Part shown: piece after piece, positions 53,614-64,000 of the stretch
How the letters are laid out: every line of letters begins with the position of its first letter
Position numbering within the stretch: the first letter of the stretch is position 1
NCBI RefSeq assembly: GCF_001194135.2
Contig: NC_068992.1
Span: forward strand, 45,569,817-45,633,816
Direction of reading: 5' to 3'
Length of the DNA: 64,000 bases
Origin: Octopus bimaculoides
Taxonomy: Eukaryota
Translations under genes and position numbers: made by a program
Notes under the pieces: model-generated
Seen by the model: the letters and a program-made list of their open reading frames with translations, nothing else
What the model was told of the DNA's origin: nothing
Database searches by the model: none

Positions 53614-56359
53614 TTAAATATCTACCAAATATTTTGGTAAAATATTGTAATATGTACGTATATGTATGTGCATGTGTGTGAGAGAGAGAGAGAGAGAAAA
53701 AAAATAAAGAGACAGTGAGACAGAAAGGCTAACAATTACATTATTTTAGTGGAATTTTAATTCTGTGTATAAAAAATACGGAATTAACACTACAGAACAT
53801 TGTCTCAAGTTTGCAACTATTCTACTGTGTCAATGAGAATCGTGAACTGGTAACACAATGAAGGAGTTGTAAGAAATATTAAGTGAAGAAGAGTCACAGC
53901 AATTAGAATAGAACGTGAGAAAATGTGCCGTTGTGCGATTGTAATCGTTAATCTACGGAATATGTAGAGTCAATTAAAAACAGATGGTAGGCGGCACAAA
54001 GGCAACACTTAAACAAAAATTAGCCGTTTATCAGCCGTTTCACGAAAGATTCTAGCAGTTTCGACGCCTAGGAGAATTGTGCATTTTTGGGGCATCAACA
54101 ACCACTGGATACGCATGTTAAAGAATTGATGCATATGGAAACGGGACACAACAGATGCACATAATTGAAATTTAACGCCTGGGATGGAAAAACATAAGAA
54201 CAAGAAACACTATGTCCGTAATTAATGACAAGGACACAATAAGTAGAAAATTGGCATAGATCTAATTACTTTAAAATAAAATTAATGCATACATCTTTTA
54301 TTATAAAGTAGTCGATTGCGATGAAAATGAAAGACCAAATATTAGTATAACCACAAAATACACTTGGAAGAATATGTCAAGCAAAGATATCAGAAGAACA
54401 GACGATACGTGCCCTTACTATGCGAGGTGAATGGCAAGAAAGAGGTTAATCATCACAACCTTTCGACTGTAAGACAATGTGCGTGTGTACATATACTTCC
54501 AGGTATCTGCATAATGTTTATATGTGATATTGCGCAATTACTATATAATATTGTCCATTCTTGTTAAAGACAATTTCTGTTAACTATTTTTTATCCCGTT
54601 AAACACCGAATTATGTTTCGTCTTTTATATCAAGTTTCTATTTCTATAAATTCTATTTCTCTAAATAGGCAAGACTCAAGAAAATATAATCTGAGAAAAG
54701 TAATGAAATTTTTGCTAAGTCTGTAAAACGACATATAACTTCTGACCAGTGACACTGCGCAGTATTCTATCACTACGTTCATGGAACATTTTGGAAAAAG
54801 CAGATAAGACAAAGTGAAAGATAACATAGAAATCAATTACAGAACAAACCGGAATAATAAGAGATAAAAGAAAAGAGGCAGAAACTGATGACGCAAAAGA
54901 AAGAAATGAAAAGCAGGAGTTGTGCCAAATATTCTCGATCAGCCGAATATATTTAGAATGATAGCCAAACAAATTTATATCTCAAAAATCAGTATCGCAA
55001 ATGATTTGTAGTTGAGGCAACAAAGATAAAAGAATCACAAATTTTTGGTGAAACGGTGCCAGTTTGGAACCTTCGCGGAGAAATGTTAATGGTTAAAGAG
55101 ATAGAGAGGGAAGCAGACACTATTTATCAGACAGTAAATAATGTCGAAAGCCAACATTTCCGTCTTGCTCTAATTAATCAGGTGCCACCTATCATTTATA
55201 TTTCTAAATTGCGCACTTTAAACTACAATAGTGAGCAACATTACAGCATAAATTATTTAATTCTTTTTTTTTTCTTAGTTAAAATTCAATTATCTGACAA
55301 TTTGAAGTCGATAACTGTTATCGATGTAAAGATTGTTCCATACGTAAAGCTACAGCTTATGTATATTAATGTTGTCCACTTTATTATATTTATTTCTTAC
55401 CGTATTTTATTTTCGTCAGGAATAATATATGTCATATTGTTTTTATTTTTACAACTATGAAAACATTTGGAAATCAGTTCAAAAGGAGTGGAGACAAATA
55501 ATAACTTTGAAGAATTGTTAATATTGAGCTGTAAAATCCAATTTGCTAATAACAGGTCCTTCGAGGCACTCGTCCAAGAAATCGCGAGCCAAGCACATCA
55601 TTTATGTCTTCTTCATAATTCATAAAAAGTTAACTTCGTGTGTGACGAACAAGTAAACTATGATTGCAGAACATGAACTTGTTCAATCAATATAGAAGCA
55701 ATAATCATCCAACAGAATATCTTAAGGAGCTAAAATAACGTAGGTTACACACTGCAGGCAAGTAACGTTAAAAGGAAAATGTAGAAACGAACATTAGATA
55801 CTAGCATTTACTCCACAGTTGTGATTTCAATTTTGTGTAAACTAACGTTTGTCTATTAGAAATTTTGCATTTTTCACAGGCTAACCGTTCCAATTTCTTT
55901 AATCTCTCAATTCAAAATTGAAAGGTAACTGCAATTCTTATGTTTATCTCTATATGTTATAATGTCTCTGTGATTATACATATTTATTATATATGTGTTC
56001 TCCGGTTGCTACTACTGGCATTGTTTCATACTTCGCAGATATATTCAAATTAAAGAATATCCGGTCACATCTTTTTAATAGCACTACTCTTTGTCCGAAA
56101 CTGAAACCTTTGCTGACATCGCACTTTAGTTTAGCGCTAAGAATATAGCAAGGAAATCAGCATTAAAAAATTGGGCATATTGAAAGAAATGAGAATTTCA
56201 TTACCTGTGACGAATGTCTTTTCCTATCATTACGAACCAATATTGATACTAGATCGGCAATGACTGGTTAATTTGTACTTTGCTTTCACGAATTTTTTTA
56301 TATGTCTATGTTGTCTATGTTGTGATAAAGGGGAACATCCAGGAAGTGACATCTTAGTG

Positions 56360-56510
56360 AGACAGGGCTGTATTCAGAGATCAGCTGGATAGAAAGAAGC
56401 AACGTGAACTGAAATACTTTGCACAAGAGAACAACGCACCACCTAAATCAGAAAATGGGCCTTCTACCACATAATTGTCCGACCAGCTGCCTAACCATAA
56501 GGTTACACAT
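56360..56510 (-). mobile_element. Decayed SINE related to family C
   Basis: AGCAACGTGAACTGAAATACTTTGCACAAGAGAACAACGCACCAC parallels 43000-43045. Confidence 0.45.
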
Positions 56511-59093
56511 ACTACAACATATACCACAACAGGTGGCTAAAGGATAGATAGAACTGTAATATAGTATACAGCAGCGCAGTCTCGATGATGTTATTCAAGC
56601 TCTAGCTAGCAAAATCTTTTCAAAGACACAATTTCTACTCTTCTCTTGAAATATGTTCAATCAGCGGCCAGAGAGAATTTACATAAAGATTTTGATTATG
56701 TTTATTTCTGTAATCTACTGAGGGGCATTAGGCAGAAAAGTTCACCAAAAGAGATACTGAAATTCATCAGAATTCATAGTATTTAATATAATCTCTTAAT
56801 AAAATGGCTTAATCAGATTCTATTTACAATAATGTGCAACATTATCAGTTGCTAGAAAGCTAAGATATGTAAATATGAAAAATTGTATTATGTTGTATGC
56901 TGTGTGGTGTATAGTATATTTAAGCACAGTTAACGTTTCCCAAAGACTCACTATTTGCCATACATAATGGGATATTCATGTTTCTCTACAAAATAATAGG
57001 AAACATAACAGACACATATAACAAACACAATTCTAGTTTCTGATAACCTCTAACGAAATGACGTTTTTAACCCGAGACAAGATCGGGTCTAATTATATGT
57101 ATATAACATAAAAGGTCTTAAACAACCTCATTTGTGTCACAACCACTTGGTGGCTCATATGATTTATCATTACCATGGTTTAAAGAAGCCTTAGTATATG
57201 TACGTGCGTGCATATGTATGTGAGTTTGTGTATGTATGCAAGTGAGTGAGTGAATGTGTGAGCCTATATCGATCTGTCTCTTGTTATATTCAAAGACATA
57301 TAATTAAAAAAAGGTTGAAGAGAATAGTTGTGGCATATGTGGCCAAAACCTCATTAATGTATGATATTTATAAATGTTACTTGAAGCGATCATATCTTAC
57401 CACGCACATTTGGTTCTGCACTCTACACATTGTGAACTCACCATTAGTAGAGCTCTGCAAACATTAAAACAGAAAAAAAAAGAAGATCATGAAACATTAA
57501 ATTTCAAAAGCTTATAAAGAATACATTATACACTAAACATCAACATCAATTTGAGGTTTGAAGCAGTGTGAAGAGAATGCAATTATATGAAGAGGGTCAA
57601 ACAACTATAAATTTCACCAGAGAATTGGTGCTCCCAGTTTGCAATTTACTCACAAGAGTCAGACGGGTGATATGCAAAAAGAAAAAGAAAAATTAACAAT
57701 AAAACGGAACGAAAAACACTAGCGTAGTGAATTGTGAAATAATCAATAGTTTCAATAATTACAGAAATAACCTGAGGTTAAAGCCTGTAAGATTGAATGA
57801 ACATTATAATGAAATGTATATATGTAAGAAAAACTATTGAGACACAAGTGGCGTTGCGTATATTAAGCACTTCCTTCGTACCAACTCTTCAAAACAGTTC
57901 ATATCTTTTAGTTTGGATAATGTGCATAAATTTTTTTTCTTCTGAAGTGAAAATAATTTTGAATAAGTTTTACTTGAATGTAAATCGATTGAAATGTATA
58001 ACTTGAATTCTGAATATATATTCGAGTGAGAAACGTGTGAGGTTAATGGAGATAATTTATTCAACAGAATTTTGAGGTCTCAACAACGCAAATTTTACTC
58101 TGTATTTGATAGTAAAATTTGTGATTAATNNNNNNNNNNNNNNNNNNNNNNNNNNNNNNNNNNNNNNNNNNNNNNNNNNNNNNNNNNNNNNNNNNNNNNN
58201 NNNNNNNNNNNNNNNNNNNNNNNNNNNNNNNNNNNNNNNNNNNNNNNNNNNNNNNNNNNNNNNNNNNNNNNNNNNNNNNNNNNNNNNNNNNNNNNNNNNN
58301 NNNNNNNNNNNNNNNNNNNNNNNNNNNNNNNNNNNNNNNNNNNNNNNNNNNNNNNNNNNNNNNNNNNNNNNNNNNNNNNNNNNNNNNNNNNNNNNNNNNN
58401 NNNNNNNNNNNNNNNNNNNNNNNNNNNNNNNNNNNNNNNNNNNNNNNNNNNNNNNNNNNNNNNNNNNNNNNNNNNNNNNNNNNNNNNNNNNNNNNNNNAT
58501 ATATGAGACTTATGAGATTTTCTGCATCATTTGAAGATGCATCTTGGAAATTCATGATTTTCAAAAAAGAACACGGATTGTCGTGTATTTTGGAGACGTG
58601 GCAAGCGAAAAATATTAAGCGTCCTACTGGAAATTAAACTTGAGAATTAACGTGATGAAAACTACTCGTATTTCTTTGATACCAAATAAATTATAACGAG
58701 AGTAATTTAGATCAGACATGAATTGTCTGCAACCTGTGTGCACGGACTCTTTAATAAAATATAACTACACATATAGTTACACACACACATGCCGAATATA
58801 ACAATCTACTACTCATTAAGACACGAATTCTCGCCAGGACGTGATTATGTGCCCTTCACATTGTTAGTTAAGAAAGACATTAATATGTGCTATATTAATA
58901 AACAATCGTAAAATTTAATTGGAATTAAAAGTTTTTATTTTCATTAGCACTTGTGAAGTGCACATAGCATACGTTTATAATTTAATTAAATTCAAAAGTA
59001 ATGATCATATTTTAGTATAGACTAATGATTGTGTAGGTACGTGGTATTTTGATATGTAACCATAATGTACTATAAAGGATATTAACTATATAA

Positions 59094-59100
59094 ACACACA

Positions 59101-59178
<78 letters not shown>
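59094..59178. repeat. (CA)n microsatellite
   Basis: Directly visible. Confidence 0.97.
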
Positions 59179-59181
<3 letters not shown>

Positions 59182-60289
59182 ATCACCCAGCTTTGCCTTC
59201 AATCTCATTGTTTGTTTACATCTGACATCTCGATATCAAACGTTGTAGTAAAATGCGTTGTAGCAAAAATTAGTTTGTAGGATGTCTATAAAAATAACCT
59301 TAACAGAATATTTTAGTAACCAAGTGGAGTGTTGTGGTTCCACTGAAATATTTAATAATGTAGGAACGCGAAAATGGGTAAAAAAAAAACTGTATCTTAT
59401 AGAAGTATCTTCCTCTCCTGAGAAAGAACATATTTCAGCACAACACTATTGGTAATCTTCTGTATGCATTGACGTAGTGATAAAATACTACTTTCATAGT
59501 TAGGATTGTACGGCTATTTCAAACCGGAACACTGTTATCTTCAGAATGACAATTGATTCAGTGACAGTGATATGGAATCACATACTGGTATGCTCCAGCT
59601 TTCCCCTCCAGTAAACATGCTGTTATTTACTCTGCCTTTCCTATTAACACTACAACGGCCACGGGTCCTGGAAGTTTTTCAAAGTGAACATAAGCCATAT
59701 CAACTACGTCTGAACACCTGCGAAGGTCATTGGAACAAATCACTTTCCTCCAGAATAAACTAAAATAAACGAATCTTAGGCTATAGCTTTTCATGAAGGT
59801 TGATGCCTTCATACTTCTGATTTGTGTCTATTTTGTGCAGACAAGAAATATTTACAATGACCTCATTTACGGTTAAACAGGCTATGGCATTGAATGACGG
59901 CAATCATTGGTGAGGATAGACTGACTTTCAAAAAGCAAAATATAGAAAGTTGACCAATTAGAGAGTAAAGAAACGCCTATTCATTTCTGGAGTGCCGAAG
60001 GTAATTAGATTAATCAGTGGGAGGAGCAGTTAAGTGAAAAGTAATTCTGAAAGAGGTCAACAAAATTTAAATGTGAAAATTGAAGTAAAATATGTGCCGT
60101 AATATAATATTCAGTATTGTCTAAAGAATATGAAGATGATAGGTCATTATAGAAACGATGGAGATCTGAAATGTAGATTCCGAAGTTCCAGGTTTTGTTA
60201 GATTTTGATGACGTGGAAAAACTGTAGAGCCACGATAGAGAAAACATATTAGCGAAGTATTGCTGACTCTGATGAAATTTGCGTTCTCA

Positions 60290-60560
60290 ACGTGAAGGAC
60301 AACATTCTACCGACAATACTCAAGTGCTTGTGATTGGCTGTTCAAGCATTTCAAGCATGGCCCATCCTCCAGAGCAGGTCACCCGGACCTTGGTTTCTTA
60401 TCGAGGCTGGTGTTACCTTCTCTAAAATGTCTGAATCAGTTTTGTACTACAAGTTCATTGACAGTTCCTGGCCCTCTCACATCACTAATTTCTTTTGCCG
60501 CAGCCCTTGCACTCGGTTCTTTTTTCCTCAGCTAGATTAAAATGTCTCTTCTTGCAATTT
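60290..60560 (-). mobile_element. Mariner transposase N-terminal HTH fragment, decayed
   Basis: AAKEISDVRGPGTVNELVVQN*FRHFREGNTSLDKKPRSG*P matches the mariner pattern GxxxVSxRTVQxWFxRFRxGDxSLEDxPRSGRP. Confidence 0.82.
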
Positions 60561-61379
60561 TTCCCCTTTCATTATCATAGATGCAAAATAAAGAATATAC
60601 AATTTATGTTTTTATATTATGTATGAAAATAAATAATAAAAAATTCAACAATCCGAAAAAGCATTTGCTTCAACTGGTAATTAAAGGTGATGAAACCAGC
60701 GTTTATCTTGTTCTTCTACCATTGCTTTGATATTACGGCGTCTGTTACTTTCATTTGTGTTCTATTAGAATATATACTAGTGACATACTGAGGTCGATTA
60801 TAAGCTATAAAGACGAAAGTACCTTGAAGAGCGACAATAGTCACTTAATTATTGAATTGTGGATATCTTATTGACGTTAGGAATTTCTATCATAGCAACG
60901 AGTTGATGCTCTTTTCTAATATATTCATAGATTATAGATGCAAATCATACTTTAAAATTGGAAAGTTGACAATTTTAGCACAATACTGCAATCGTTTGTT
61001 ACTGTAAAATTGTAAAATAATTATGAAGAAATTAATGAAATTATTCATTCGTGTTAATAATAAAAGCCAAAGAAAACAGGACTAAAATTTTCACCCTGCA
61101 GCACACAGCAACAATTAATCGCTTCAAGCTGTTTACTAATAAAAGAATGTCAATCTTAAAGAAATTTCCGATACTGTTGCTATTTTTTTTATAACATTAT
61201 TCCTTGTATGAAAAAACTTGCCCCTTGGAGAATGTTTTAAGCTATTCCGTCTTATATTTGAAGGTATATAATAAATACACTATGTTTAAAAGATTTATTA
61301 AAAGTACTGTCTGCAAAAATGAAGTAACACTATCTGTTGGAAACATCTGTATACACACTCACGCACACACAAACACACG

Positions 61380-61500
<121 letters not shown>

Positions 61501-62320
61501 CTTCAGTAACAATCACAACGTCCACTTCCGCTCTCCCCACATACGAGTAAGACCAACAGTAGCACTTACATTATGTTCATGCTATTAACACTAACACCAC
61601 AAACTAACTCCGAAGTAAGTAAATAAAATTTCCTTCGTTTATTTTATTACTTCACCTACGAAAAGCAGAAGAAACATACAAGTGAGAATTTATTGATTCT
61701 GTGTAAGAGAAATAAACTAACTCTAGCTGAAGTATAAGACTGTTTGCAGTTATCCAGGAGAAGAAAATGGGAGAAAATACTTGTAGTGAAAACAACGGTC
61801 AAAGATTGCAGCGTTTATGTCCTCATGCCAGTTTTAGCTGCCTATCCTTATATCGTTAGAGTGAGAGCATCCAAATTTTGCTATTTATTAACTAGGAATA
61901 ACATACTAAGCTACACGCTAACAAATATGACCCACGCCAGCAATATATATGCTGTCAACTTAATGTGACAGTCCCCTGAATGGAATGATACTACTGTTGA
62001 TTATAACTAGGAAGCTGCACCGCTTCCTGTCGGCCTTGACACATTTCCTGTGTCCTTATGTTTACAAGGGGGAGACAAGCACCTCCACCCAGCTAAGTCT
62101 GCATCCATAGTCATGTTTCTGAGTCTTTGCTCGTCATCAGTCTGGAGTAGATGACTTGCTAGTCGAAGATGCCTGTCAAGCTATTGTAAACATAATAATT
62201 CTAGTGAAATACATTAACTGATTTCAAATTTAGAAATAATACATTTCTAAATCTCTCAGAGAAATTTATGCAGTAGTGATACAATGAAGTAGTTGTATGC
62301 TGTCAACTTATTTCTGATTT

Positions 62321-62541
62321 AAAATTTCAGCAAAAAGCCAGGAATTTCTGAGGAGGTGTTTAGTCGATGTAATCTACCCCAGGACTCATATGTCATTTAT
62401 CCTTCTTATTTTTTTTTTCCATTCCAAAGGGATGAAAATTAAAATCGACCTCAGTGGAATTTGAACTCAGGACATTAAGACGGACGAAATGCCGATGAGC
62501 AAATTGTCCGGCCTGCTAACGTTTATACCAGCTCACTGCCT
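62321..62541 (-). mobile_element. SINE family A, full length, minus strand
   Basis: Reverse complement has GAGCTGGTATAAACGTTAGC, GAGTTCAAATTCCACTGAGGTCGATTT and CCTGGGGTAGAT. Confidence 0.87.
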
Positions 62542-63708
62542 TATTGCTACATAAAACATCAAGACTTGAACTGTTTAATTATACATCTGGAAAGTAGTTA
62601 TAGAATATAGCATGACTTCTGTGTAATCATGTCTGCCACTGTTAAAAAAAAAAAACGTTGTCTGGAAACATTATATAAGTATTTAGTTTGATTAATAGTG
62701 GAAAATGATTGCGCATTCAAAAACATATCCCTGGGGTGGCCAAACTGCAGCAGGCGACCACCATGTGCCTCTTTAACTATTGACATGCACCTATCTGACA
62801 GTGAAGATACGTTGGCTGAGTTCTTATTTTATATATTTCATCACCCTGAATATAAAAGTTAAAAGTTAAATAAAAAGAATTCAAGCTTTATATTTATTTA
62901 TTGATCATGAATTGATACCAGCTGTGTAATGCAGTCGGAGCGGCTTGTCTTCAGTTTCGGAAAAGGGGAACGACATTCCGACAGAGATTCAAATGTATAA
63001 TGTATAATTGAAATGGATATTTAAATTTCTCTACTTCTGTTTTATTTGAGTTTTGCACTCTCCGACTTACTTACCATGTTTCCCATTGAAGCTGTAATCA
63101 GGTAGATACATATAAGACTATCAAGATGTGCCGTTTGCATGTATAATGTTATTTTCAAATCTCTTTGCAAAGTACGCAACATTCTGTTACACACACTTGA
63201 AATTGACAATAAATGGGAAAAATCTTAATCTTTCACTACTTGTCACAATTCTTTTCCAGCAATATTCGCTGTCACATTATCTGCTTAAAATAATGTTGCT
63301 GTCCTTTATTAACTCAATAATTTATACTATTTTACTTCATAATGAAACACACATCCCCTAAAATAATGAGCAATGCTAGATCTGCGCGTGGCATCGTTCT
63401 TTAATGCTGAGGGTAGGAAAGATGGGAACCAGTGGAGTTAAAGAAATTTGTGGTCAGTAAGTGTTACAAAATAACCTTTGAGTCTTATCTGCCATATGCC
63501 ACTTGGTCATTGCAAAGCCAGCATCTTGAAATGCTACTATGAACAAACCACGAACATTTTACGCTTGATTATCTACCTAAATTAGAATTAAGGAAAATCA
63601 TGTTAATTATGTTAAAATCCTCGCTAAATAGCTAACATATACTGTTGACAACGGTGAGCAAGGATGCCGATACGACTGAAGCCAGGCTTGTTATATTATG
63701 GAATATTG

Positions 63709-63711
<3 letters not shown>

Positions 63712-63753
<42 letters not shown>

Positions 63754-63754
63754 G
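63712..63754. repeat. (GA)n microsatellite
   Basis: Directly visible. Confidence 0.95.
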
Positions 63755-63892
63755 ATTTTGTATGTGTCTGAACGAGGTAGCACTAGTCTACTTGTGTAAA
63801 TGTGTATCAACCTAGTGGTGGTTCAGCTACGTAGGCACCTATAAAACAATTAGTGAAAGCGTGGTACAAACTTATGAGAGATGGCTAAGACC

Positions 63893-63894
<2 letters not shown>

Positions 63895-63935
<41 letters not shown>
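63895..63935. repeat. (TA)n microsatellite
   Basis: Directly visible. Confidence 0.95.
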
Positions 63936-63939
<4 letters not shown>

Positions 63940-64000
63940 GCGCACGCACATACACCTACACAATCATATGCATGCGTGCATGTTCGTATATGTATAACTA

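Noticed and set aside
59627-59812. KLPGPVAVVVLIGKAE, resembling the strand before a GBP/atlastin P-loop
   Set aside because: No GxxxxGKS motif; a stop follows immediately

Overview
This is AT-rich, microsatellite-dense eukaryotic DNA from a gapped draft assembly. The ten N-runs are at 8661-8844, 12554-13076, 16558-16869, 17954-18281, 20833-21034, 23028-23037, 37588-37687, 39923-40250, 49548-49702 and 58130-58498, and most are flanked by (TA)n, (TG)n or (ATGT)n. The SINE families and repeat content resemble an octopus (coleoid cephalopod) genome; this is inferred from recall, not from a search. I found no recognisable host protein-coding gene, tRNA/rRNA gene or CRISPR array. The identifiable content is decayed mobile DNA: five Tc1/mariner relics (mariner DD34D-type and maT DD37D-type), a Penelope-like element split by an internal inversion, two L1/Tx1-like fragments, RTE- and CR1-like fragments, and more than ten tRNA-derived SINE copies or fragments. 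The best non-repeat signals are a candidate minus-strand promoter and first exon at about 12.0 kb (CCAAT, two E-boxes, YY1/ATG, CAG|gtaaag), several candidate micro-exons or first exons, and a perfect 145-bp duplication next to a SINE insertion. Gene-structure calls are hypotheses only. I did not find a convincing new multi-gene system.
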